This document shows, one piece after another, positions 9,637-18,595 of a DNA stretch of 57,495 bases. The stretch is from IMG/VR virus record IMGVR_UViG_3300032220_001739; one strand, 5' to 3'. Numbering within the stretch: position 1 is the stretch's first letter; every line of letters begins with the position of its first letter. A program made the position numbers and the translations under genes. This stretch comes from an uncultured virus (IMG/VR IMGVR_UViG_3300032220_001739) (Duplodnaviria > Heunggongvirae > Uroviricota > Caudoviricetes). The notes below the pieces were generated by a model. That model was given only the letters and a program-made list of their open reading frames with translations. It had not been told where the DNA came from and made no database searches.

Positions 9637-12600
9637 ATGGCAATAAATTTATCGGATAACCTACTAGTACAGACTACGTTTCCCACTGATTCGAGGTATG
9701 GCCCGTATAGTGGAGCTAGTGATACCGCGGCAAAATTAGCTGCTAACACTTTCTTAATTCCTTCTTACAGATACATCGGTCTCACGGTCGGACTAATCAT
9801 AGCTGGTGGACCGATAGTAGAATATTGGTATTATCAAGGAGTATTAGACACAGACCTAGTTCCTAAATTAGGTGGTGGTGGAACATCAGGTACAAGCGGA
9901 ACGTCTGGTACCTCTGGGTCTTCAGGAACCAGTGGAACTAGTGGTATTAGTGGAGATCAATATTTTACCCAAACCACGGGTAGCGTAACAGTTCCCTCGT
10001 CTGGTAATATTAATTTTACAGTAGCGCCAGGACTTGCTTATAGTATAAACCAATCCGTTATAATTTCCGTTAGTTATGGGAATTATATTCAGGGTGATGT
10101 TGTTTCATATGATTCCTCAACTGGTGCAATGACCGTCAATGTCACTAGTAGCACAGGAAGTGGATCTGGAACTGCAACTGTTAATTTGGATGGAGCTGCG
10201 GGTGGCGACGGTACATCTGGTACTTCGGGATCTTCAGGTACATCGGGTACTTCAGGTTCTTCAGGAACTAGAGGAACATCTGGAACATCAGGAACATCTG
10301 GGTCATCAGGAACTACTGGAACCTCCGGTACTTCCGGTACTAGCGGATCGTCAGGAACTTCAGGATCATCTGGAACTAGAGGGACATCCGGAACTAGTGG
10401 ATCATCTGGAACGACAGGTACTTCCGGTACTTCAGGCTCGTCTGGAACATCTGGTTCTAACGGTACCTCGGGAACAAGCGGAACCTCAGGATCCTCTGGA
10501 ACTAATGGTACCTCTGGGACTTCTGGAACATCTGGTACTTCAGGAACCTCCGGTTCGTCCGGAACCTCCGGTTCTAATGGCACGTCGGGCACCTCTGGAA
10601 CTTCCGGATCATCCGGAACTAACGGTACTTCAGGTACAACAGGTACATCTGGTACTTCCGGATCTTCTGGAACATCTGGAACATCCGGATCTTCTGGAAC
10701 ATCTGGGTCTTCAGGAACTAACGGAACATCAGGTACTACTGGTACATCAGGTACTTCTGGTTCTTCTGGTACAAGCGGATACACAGGTGACCGGTATTTA
10801 ACAAGCACAACTGGTAATATAACAATACCCACATCACCTGGTAATATCAGCTTTACCGTTTCGCCGGGATTGTCTTATAGCGTTAACCAGGACATCATCA
10901 TATCTGTTGGGTTTGGAAATTATTTGCAGGGTAGTGTTGATTCTTACGATCCTGTAACAGGAGATATGGTTGTTACTGTTACTACTAGCACAGGAACAGC
11001 CACAGGTATAGCAACTGTTAATCTAGACGGAGCAGCAGGCGGCGACGGAACATCAGGAACATCTGGTATAGATGGGATATCCGGTACGTCAGGATCATCC
11101 GGTACATCAGGATCGAATGGCACATCAGGAACATCTGGGTCTTCTGGAACTAATGGCACATCAGGCACAACCGGTACTTCTGGTACCTCAGGATCTAGTG
11201 GGACATCGGGGACATCCGGAACTTCTGGATCCTCCGGGACATCAGGTTCTTCCGGAACTAACGGTACATCGGGTACATCTGGAACATCCGGTTCTAGCGG
11301 AACCTCGGGATCCTCAGGTACTAGTGGTACTTCTGGAACCACAGGTACTTCGGGAACCTCTGGATCGTCGGGTACCTCTGGTTCTAGCGGAACCTCGGGA
11401 TCTTCCGGAACTAATGGTACATCAGGTACAACAGGTACATCAGGTACATCTGGTTCATCCGGAACTTCTGGATCCTCGGGTACAAGAGGTACATCTGGTA
11501 CATCCGGAACGTCTGGATCTAGTGGAACATCGGGATCATCAGGTACTACTGGTACTTCCGGAACGTCAGGAACTAGCGGATCTTCAGGTACATCGGGATC
11601 TTCTGGAACTAATGGTACATCAGGTACAACAGGTACGTCTGGAACCTCTGGATCATCTGGAACATCAGGTGTTCCTGGAACATCCGGAACATCTGGTACG
11701 TCCGGATCCTCAGGAACTAATGGTACATCAGGCACAACTGGTACATCTGGTACATCTGGAACATCTGGTTCATCTGGAACCTCCGGGTCAAATGGAACTT
11801 CTGGCACATCGGGATCTTCAGGAACTAATGGAACTTCCGGTACGACCGGAACGTCAGGTACATCTGGATCCTCTGGAACGTCTGGATCTAATGGGACATC
11901 TGGAACATCTGGTTCAAACGGAACATCCGGTACATCTGGTTCTTCGGGGACTAACGGAACTTCTGGTACTACTGGAACATCGGGTACATCAGGATCAAAT
12001 GGAACGTCCGGTACCTCAGGTCTAGATGGGGTTTCTGGTACTTCGGGATCCTCGGGTACATCAGGATCCTCCGGAACTAACGGCACGTCAGGTACTAGCG
12101 CAAATGATGGCACATCCGGTACATCGGGTACATCTGGGTCTAACGGTACATCAGGTACATCGGGATCAAATGGAACATCTGGTACTTCTGGATCCTCTGG
12201 TACTAACGGTACTTCTGGCACAACAGGAACATCCGGTACTAGCGGTAATAACGGAACATCTGGTACTTCTGGTACTTCGGGATCTAATGGAACATCTGGC
12301 ACTTCGGGGACATCCGGATCTTCTGGAACTAATGGAACCTCAGGAACAAGCGGAACATCTGGTTCTTCTGGAACTAGTGGTAGAAACGGTACTTCTGGAA
12401 CATCTGGTACTTCTGGCACGTCCGGGTCTCAGGGTAATAAAGCGGGCCTAATATATCAATTTGATGGATATTCTTCAGTAACTACCGGTGGGTTTGTGTA
12501 CACGAATGGTGGATTTGATTACAATCTAACACTTAGCAGCATTTCATACGAGGGAATAGATTACAGTGACTATTTCAATAATATATTAGGACAGAATGGA

Positions 12601-14718
12601 TATGTTTATATTGCGAGTAATCTAAATACTTCTTCGGATTTTGATATTTATTACTTTACAAATGTCACCCAAGTTTCTCCTAATTATTTATTCAGCGGAG
12701 GAGTTTTAACTAATGGCGGATTTACAACTTTTTCAAATGGTGATATAGCAGCTATTACTATAACAATCAATGGTAGTGGAACATCCGGAACATCTGGAAC
12801 ATCTGGGATTAATGGAACTTCAGGGACAAGGGGAACTTCTGGAACTAGCGGTAACGACGGTAGTTCAGGAACATCAGGTACTTCCGGTTCGAATGGATCA
12901 TCCGGGACCTCAGGAACTTCGGGATCTTCAGGAACGAAAGGAACATCAGGAACATCTGGGACATCAGGAACTTCGGGAATCTCGGGATCTTCCGGAACTA
13001 GCGGAACTAGCGGAACTAGCGGAACTAGCGGAAGCAGTGGAACTAGCGGATCTTCAGGTACAAGAGGAACTTCTGGAACTAGTGGATCTTCTGGAACCTC
13101 AGGAACTAGCGGAAGAGACGGAACTAGTGGAACTAGTGGAACCTCTGGTTCATCCGGAACAACGGGTACTTCAGGCTCGTCTGGAACTAGCGGTATTGAT
13201 GGTATATCAGGTACCTCTGGGTCCTCTGGTACTTCAGGTTCTTCCGGTACGAGAGGAACATCAGGTACATCTGGAACTACCGGAACCTCAGGAACATCTG
13301 GATCTTCTGGAACAAGGGGAACTTCAGGTACATCTGGATCTGCAGGAACCTCAGGTACTTCCGTAGATGTTTCGGGTACCCCGCCTAGTATGACCAGATT
13401 GATTACAATTGGTGCAGGTGTTGGTATTACAGCTTCCTCTTATATGACCGAGGCTGGAAGCTCAACCAATGGTTTAACCCAGCATGCTTTAAGCACAGGT
13501 GTTACGGATACCAGATTTGCTATAAGAGACGATTCAAGTAACATTGATCTTGGTTCTATAGGTATACTGGGCCAAAGACAAGGTGATTCTAAATTCTTCT
13601 TTACATTAGCTGGAACTGGATACGTAAAGAATTACTTACACGTTGGAGCAACTGGTACTGATCCATTAAGACTCCTTGGTGTACAAACTTCTACGGACTC
13701 TGATGTTTTAACTATAAGTTCTACCGGAATAGTTACTAAGAGGGATGCTAATTCACTATTTGGCGTTAATCTACAAAGAACTCTCTTTGTAGATCCAAAT
13801 GGAACTAATGCAACAGCTGAAGTCGGTAATATAAGAAAGCCATACTTAACTATAGGTGGTGCACTCAATAAAATAATATCGGATAACCTAAATGGATACA
13901 CGATACATGTATTCAAGGGGTCTTATATAGAGACGACTGGTTATACATTTGGAAACAATCAAGGATTTAACTTATGGTTTGAGGATGGGGTTACCTTAAC
14001 ATTTAATGCGAGTAGTACATATTTCATAACTTGTAATTCTACAAGCAGAATAGAAATATCTATAGCCGGATCAGATAGACCACTAGATGCAGCTATGTCA
14101 ACTGCTTCCTGTAAAATACAGATCAGAGGAAATAGCGGATTGTTAAACAACACGGGTAACCTAGTGTTTAGCTTAAATAGTGTCGGTGTAAACAATAACG
14201 TCAATAGCGGGACATTTGATATGATAAATTGTACAGCTGGAGCTAATTCGTACTATTTCGTTAACGATTGTCATCTTAATTTTAGTCCGTCTACTTCGGG
14301 TACTGCAAGTGTTATACAGGTAAATTCCGGATCCTACATCGAAAGATTTACAATCAATAATAGCGTATTAAAGAATCACGGAACAAGCTCTTCTAATGCA
14401 ACTTTCTTAGCGGTGAGTGAAAAAGTTGATATTAGAATGTATGATAGTTACATTATATCCAAGGCTGGAAGAGGATTGACAGTGGCTGAACCTCAGGTTC
14501 TTGAGATTTCCAACGTCATGTTCTATAATATCTCTTCGCCCACAGCTGTTTATACAATATATGATACAGCTACTACAGGAACAACAGAGATAGACATAGG
14601 AGCTAGATGTATTTCTAACATGCTTCTTCCTGCTTCAGCCGGATCGACGCTGTTGAATAGAACAGGAGGGGATTTGGACTGCTCGCTTAATTTTGCTGAG
14701 CCTTTCATAGATCTGTAA
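9637..14718 (+). CDS. giant collagen-like GTS-repeat fibre protein with a C-terminal putative beta-helix domain
   Basis: 1693 aa with several hundred Gly-Thr/Ser-Ser/Asn triplets. The C-terminal region begins LFVDPNGTNATAEVGNIRKPYLTIGGAL...IHVFKGSY, typical of the N-cap of pectin-lyase-like beta helices. Confidence 0.8.
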   Translation: MAINLSDNLLVQTTFPTDSRYGPYSGASDTAAKLAANTFLIPSYRYIGLTVGLIIAGGPIVEYWYYQGVLDTDLVPKLGGGGTSGTSGTSGTSGSSGTSGTSGISGDQYFTQTTGSVTVPSSGNINFTVAPGLAYSINQSVIISVSYGNYIQGDVVSYDSSTGAMTVNVTSSTGSGSGTATVNLDGAAGGDGTSGTSGSSGTSGTSGSSGTRGTSGTSGTSGSSGTTGTSGTSGTSGSSGTSGSSGTRGTSGTSGSSGTTGTSGTSGSSGTSGSNGTSGTSGTSGSSGTNGTSGTSGTSGTSGTSGSSGTSGSNGTSGTSGTSGSSGTNGTSGTTGTSGTSGSSGTSGTSGSSGTSGSSGTNGTSGTTGTSGTSGSSGTSGYTGDRYLTSTTGNITIPTSPGNISFTVSPGLSYSVNQDIIISVGFGNYLQGSVDSYDPVTGDMVVTVTTSTGTATGIATVNLDGAAGGDGTSGTSGIDGISGTSGSSGTSGSNGTSGTSGSSGTNGTSGTTGTSGTSGSSGTSGTSGTSGSSGTSGSSGTNGTSGTSGTSGSSGTSGSSGTSGTSGTTGTSGTSGSSGTSGSSGTSGSSGTNGTSGTTGTSGTSGSSGTSGSSGTRGTSGTSGTSGSSGTSGSSGTTGTSGTSGTSGSSGTSGSSGTNGTSGTTGTSGTSGSSGTSGVPGTSGTSGTSGSSGTNGTSGTTGTSGTSGTSGSSGTSGSNGTSGTSGSSGTNGTSGTTGTSGTSGSSGTSGSNGTSGTSGSNGTSGTSGSSGTNGTSGTTGTSGTSGSNGTSGTSGLDGVSGTSGSSGTSGSSGTNGTSGTSANDGTSGTSGTSGSNGTSGTSGSNGTSGTSGSSGTNGTSGTTGTSGTSGNNGTSGTSGTSGSNGTSGTSGTSGSSGTNGTSGTSGTSGSSGTSGRNGTSGTSGTSGTSGSQGNKAGLIYQFDGYSSVTTGGFVYTNGGFDYNLTLSSISYEGIDYSDYFNNILGQNGYVYIASNLNTSSDFDIYYFTNVTQVSPNYLFSGGVLTNGGFTTFSNGDIAAITITINGSGTSGTSGTSGINGTSGTRGTSGTSGNDGSSGTSGTSGSNGSSGTSGTSGSSGTKGTSGTSGTSGTSGISGSSGTSGTSGTSGTSGSSGTSGSSGTRGTSGTSGSSGTSGTSGRDGTSGTSGTSGSSGTTGTSGSSGTSGIDGISGTSGSSGTSGSSGTRGTSGTSGTTGTSGTSGSSGTRGTSGTSGSAGTSGTSVDVSGTPPSMTRLITIGAGVGITASSYMTEAGSSTNGLTQHALSTGVTDTRFAIRDDSSNIDLGSIGILGQRQGDSKFFFTLAGTGYVKNYLHVGATGTDPLRLLGVQTSTDSDVLTISSTGIVTKRDANSLFGVNLQRTLFVDPNGTNATAEVGNIRKPYLTIGGALNKIISDNLNGYTIHVFKGSYIETTGYTFGNNQGFNLWFEDGVTLTFNASSTYFITCNSTSRIEISIAGSDRPLDAAMSTASCKIQIRGNSGLLNNTGNLVFSLNSVGVNNNVNSGTFDMINCTAGANSYYFVNDCHLNFSPSTSGTASVIQVNSGSYIERFTINNSVLKNHGTSSSNATFLAVSEKVDIRMYDSYIISKAGRGLTVAEPQVLEISNVMFYNISSPTAVYTIYDTATTGTTEIDIGARCISNMLLPASAGSTLLNRTGGDLDCSLNFAEPFIDL
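10207..13362 (+). repeat. 9-bp-period degenerate coding repeats ([12 protein letters not shown]), three tracts
   Basis: Tracts at about 10207-10780, 11045-12435 and 12772-13360, with synonymous variation between units. Confidence 0.9.
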
Positions 14719-14745
14719 TAAATAGAGTAGGATAAATAGAGTAAT

Positions 14746-17700
14746 ATGGCATTATTTAGAGGAACTTACAATTGGTCTACTGCTACACTTACCGTTTCTA
14801 ACGGATATCAGGCAATTAGGATCACTAACTCAACAGCAGGAGGGGGTACTCTTACTTTACCTGCTGCTACGACCGCTAATTATGTTGGTATCGGGTGGAC
14901 AATCTATGTGATAGACACCGGTGCCTACATAAACGGATTAACCATTCAGACCTCAGGGGGTGAACTTATTAATGGATCGTCCAGCGTCGTATTATCAACT
15001 TCATTCATCAATAATGCGGTTGAGATATCATATCAGGGTGATAGCAGATGGATGCTATCCGCGGGTAATGCAAGTAGCTCAGCAGTTATTATATTAGATT
15101 CCGGTGCGGGGTCTTCTGTAAGATGCGGAAACGCCAACACTGCAATAAGTGATTTCAGTACAGTTTCTGGAGGTGGAAAAAACACTATAGCCGCTTCTTC
15201 AGAATATTCAACGATATCAGGGGGTACAGGAAATAGTTTATCTGGTAAGTTCGCTGTTATAGGGAGCGGAACTAAAAATTCTATTAATACCGGGGATTTC
15301 TCTTCAATATTAGGGGGAACCGCTAATACTATATTCGGTAACTACTCCACAATAGTTGGAGGATCTGATAACACCGCTAACCTTTCTACCTCCTTTATAG
15401 GTGGCGGGGCTGGCAATGTAACATGCTTAAGTGTAACAACCATAGCGGGTGGCGGGTATAACACAGCAGATCTAACCTATGCTACAATTGTAGGAGGATG
15501 TCTGAATTACGCGGGTCCATCGTGCACTTTTATTGGAGCGGGACTTCGAAATAGCATATGCGGGAATAGCGCCGATTCTTTCGGAGTAATAGTAGGTGGA
15601 ATCGGAAATATAATGTCCAAATCGAGGTCCTCGTTTATAGGTGGGGGTACGGGTAACATTATAGATACAGCAGTTTGTGCTGTCATAGTAGGTGGTGCGA
15701 CTGGATATGTAAACGGTGATTATGCTTTCTTAGGTGGAGGCGTAGCAAATACTACAGACTCGTCTCATTCATTTTTAGGTGGTGGGTCAGGTAATCTGAT
15801 AACTGGAGGGACCGCTTCTGTCATAGTTGGGGGATCAACAAATTCTGTTAATAATAGTAGCTGCACATTTACTGGATCCGGGTATAACAATGACATTTGT
15901 AAATCAAGCAGATCTTCTATTGTTAACGGAGAATGCTCTTCAATATACACTACTCAGTCAACAGGAAGTGACAATTTTATAGGTTCAGGCCTCGATAATC
16001 AAATATATTCTTCATCCACTGGAAATCTTTATTATAATGCGGTTGTTAATGGATCAGGTAACAGAATAATTAATGACTTAGCTGGTACATGTTCAGCTAA
16101 TTATAATGCTATAGTTGGGGGATGCGCTAACACTATATCGACATACGGATCTGATTGTGTTGTAAATAACTACATAGGCGGTGGTGAACTAAATAAGATA
16201 ATAGCTAATACCTTAAACGATAACGTCAATAACCATTCGGTTATAGCAGGGGGAAAGAGTAACACGACTTGGATTCCTTGCTCCACTATATCTGGTGGTA
16301 TTTGTAATAATATACTTTCGCCAATACCTGGTAGCCAATGTGCCGGCAGTACTATTGGTGGCGGTATAGGTAACACCATATGTGACACTACAAACCTTTC
16401 TTCCCTGCCTTCACCTAGTGTAATTGGCGGTGGATATTTCAATTTAAGTAATGCTTGGGGTTATGGTGGAAACACCATAGCAGGAGGTGATAGAAACACA
16501 GCATGTGGAACTAATGATTTTATAGGTGGGGGTTATTTGAACTGCACACAAGATTTACAGAATTATCAAACTATAGGTGGCGGTAGGGTGAACACCGTTG
16601 ATGCAGAATATGGATCTATAGTCGGAGGTAGGGGTAATGATAACTGTGGTGACTATGGATTTATAGGAGGTGGTAGGTGTAATACTATTGCTGTTGGAAC
16701 CATAAGCAGTACATATGAGCTCTATAATTTCATAGGTGGCGGGTGCAACAACCAGGTTTACTGTTTTGGTAGCTATAATTTTATAGGCGGTGGAGCTAGT
16801 AACACTCTAACCCTAAGTAATTGCTACAGTTTCATAGGTGGCGGTGGGCTTAACACTATAAATTGTACATCTTTCGCTAGCATAGTAGGAGGATGCTCGA
16901 ATGTCTTATCAGGGAGTCCATTTGGTGCTATATTGTCAGGATTGTCCAATAATCTTGCAAATGGAGCATACGGATCTATAGTCACTGGAAATGCTAATGC
17001 TCTTTCTGGTAACTATAATATAGTTGGTGGTGGACTTACTAATACACTTACAGCTTCAAGCTATTCTGGGGTATTCTCCGGCCACGCCAATCTAGTTAAT
17101 AACGTCTCAAATGGAGCTACCGGTAGTGTTATCCTTGGCGGATTTAATAACTCTATATGTGGATCGAGATATGGTTTGGTTGTCGGGGGGCAGGCAAATT
17201 CTGCCAGATGCTGCAGCCACGCATCTGTAGTTGGTGGCTGTGGTAATATCGCTTGTGCTCAATATTCTTCCATCGTTGGAGGATTTGCTAACGGAATAGT
17301 ATCTGGTGCAACAGCTGGGTTTGTTGGAGCAGGTAATGGTAATAACGTATGCTCTTTATATTCTTCCGTAGTTGGTGGTGGTAGTAATGCTATTCAAATT
17401 ACTGCTTCTTGTAGCTTTATAGGTGGCGGGCAAAGCAACCTAACTGGGTCTGCTTATGGCTCTTGTTGGTCATTCATAGGGGGAGGTAGATCTAATTACG
17501 TTGGTGGCGATTATAGCTCTATAATAGGCGGGCAAACTAACTGCCTAGATGGTGGAGTAGTATGGTCAGTCATAGGAGGTGGTATGTGCAATACCGTGAT
17601 TGGCAAGTCAAGCCTGGCAGTTAGAGGTGCTTTCATAGGCGGTGGGTTTAATAACATAATACCGCCGGGAGCGGATTACTCATCTATCGTCGGTGGTACA

Positions 17701-18546
17701 GGTAACTGTTTGTCATCTGGGAGACCTGGTAACTTTATAGGCGGTGGTGATAGAAATTCAGCAGGCGGTGACGGATATACTGTTCTGGTCGGCGGACAAG
17801 TAAATAGAATTACTGGCTGTTATAATTTTATTGGAGGTGGATGTAAGAATTATACTGATGGAATTTATGCATCTGTCGTAGGTGGGGATACTAATAGAGG
17901 TGCAACTGCTTATAGTTTTGTTGGTGGTGGGGGATCTAACACAGCATGCGGACCATATTCTTCTGTTCTTGGTGGATTCAATAATACAACCACCGGTGCT
18001 TGCTCTTCCATATTAGGCGGGCTTTATAACATATCTTGCGGTTCCTTCTCGTCCATAATAGGCGGGTTATGCGGGGTTACTACAAGATATGGACAAAGAA
18101 GTCACTCGTCCGGATCTTATTCAATTAAAGGTACTAACGGAATTTCGTCGCAGCAGATAGATCTTGTAGCTAGGATATCAACGATGGGTACCTCTACATT
18201 CACTGAAATGTTTCTTGATGGCGACACAGGGACACAGAGAATTACTCTTCCTAATAACACAGCTCTTTTTGTTACTGTTAATATAGGCGGTATTACAGAT
18301 TCCATGCAATACGGGGCTCATTATATCAGAAAAGTTGCAATAAAAAATGCTGCAGGAACTACCTCTCTAATAGGTACTGTTTCAACAATAGGTAGTGATG
18401 TCGAGGATATCGGAACGTGGGATGTGCAGATAACAGCGGATAACACAAACGATTCACTGAAAATTGAGGTTAAAGGAGCGGGTGAGGATATAAGATGGAC
18501 TGCTCATATAGAGGGTGTTGAAATAGCGGTTCCTATAGCTCAGTAA
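14746..18546 (+). CDS. Gly-rich repeat (S/F-I-x-G-G-x-x-N) beta-solenoid fibre/adhesin-like protein
   Basis: 1266 aa with dozens of ~14-18 aa repeats such as SFIGGGxxNxx and SSIVGGxxN, many containing Cys. The N- and C-terminal domains are non-repetitive. Confidence 0.75.
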   Translation: MALFRGTYNWSTATLTVSNGYQAIRITNSTAGGGTLTLPAATTANYVGIGWTIYVIDTGAYINGLTIQTSGGELINGSSSVVLSTSFINNAVEISYQGDSRWMLSAGNASSSAVIILDSGAGSSVRCGNANTAISDFSTVSGGGKNTIAASSEYSTISGGTGNSLSGKFAVIGSGTKNSINTGDFSSILGGTANTIFGNYSTIVGGSDNTANLSTSFIGGGAGNVTCLSVTTIAGGGYNTADLTYATIVGGCLNYAGPSCTFIGAGLRNSICGNSADSFGVIVGGIGNIMSKSRSSFIGGGTGNIIDTAVCAVIVGGATGYVNGDYAFLGGGVANTTDSSHSFLGGGSGNLITGGTASVIVGGSTNSVNNSSCTFTGSGYNNDICKSSRSSIVNGECSSIYTTQSTGSDNFIGSGLDNQIYSSSTGNLYYNAVVNGSGNRIINDLAGTCSANYNAIVGGCANTISTYGSDCVVNNYIGGGELNKIIANTLNDNVNNHSVIAGGKSNTTWIPCSTISGGICNNILSPIPGSQCAGSTIGGGIGNTICDTTNLSSLPSPSVIGGGYFNLSNAWGYGGNTIAGGDRNTACGTNDFIGGGYLNCTQDLQNYQTIGGGRVNTVDAEYGSIVGGRGNDNCGDYGFIGGGRCNTIAVGTISSTYELYNFIGGGCNNQVYCFGSYNFIGGGASNTLTLSNCYSFIGGGGLNTINCTSFASIVGGCSNVLSGSPFGAILSGLSNNLANGAYGSIVTGNANALSGNYNIVGGGLTNTLTASSYSGVFSGHANLVNNVSNGATGSVILGGFNNSICGSRYGLVVGGQANSARCCSHASVVGGCGNIACAQYSSIVGGFANGIVSGATAGFVGAGNGNNVCSLYSSVVGGGSNAIQITASCSFIGGGQSNLTGSAYGSCWSFIGGGRSNYVGGDYSSIIGGQTNCLDGGVVWSVIGGGMCNTVIGKSSLAVRGAFIGGGFNNIIPPGADYSSIVGGTGNCLSSGRPGNFIGGGDRNSAGGDGYTVLVGGQVNRITGCYNFIGGGCKNYTDGIYASVVGGDTNRGATAYSFVGGGGSNTACGPYSSVLGGFNNTTTGACSSILGGLYNISCGSFSSIIGGLCGVTTRYGQRSHSSGSYSIKGTNGISSQQIDLVARISTMGTSTFTEMFLDGDTGTQRITLPNNTALFVTVNIGGITDSMQYGAHYIRKVAIKNAAGTTSLIGTVSTIGSDVEDIGTWDVQITADNTNDSLKIEVKGAGEDIRWTAHIEGVEIAVPIAQ

Positions 18547-18595
18547 TAAACGAAACAAAGATATCCCTTAATTATAGAATAAGGAAAGGTACTTT

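Noticed and set aside
7098..12419. Long minus-strand ORFs of (VPEVPD)n type (7098..7820, 7959..8222, 10089..10832, 10944..12419)
   Set aside because: Antisense shadows of GGN-ACN-TCN repeats, which lack stop codons in that frame. There are no independent expression signals.
7198..13362. Possible CRISPR array or DGR template/variable repeat in the repetitive region
   Set aside because: The repeats have a 9-bp coding period with synonymous variation and no constant repeat/unique spacer pattern. There is no reverse transcriptase or adenine-specific mismatch pair, despite the Mtd-N-like domain at 1447.
6521..13366. Alternative-frame plus-strand ORFs rich in L/E/H/Q/V (6521, 7130, 8060, 10139, 11072, 12026, 12770)
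   Set aside because: Frame-shifted readings of the same repeats, nested within the long fibre ORFs.
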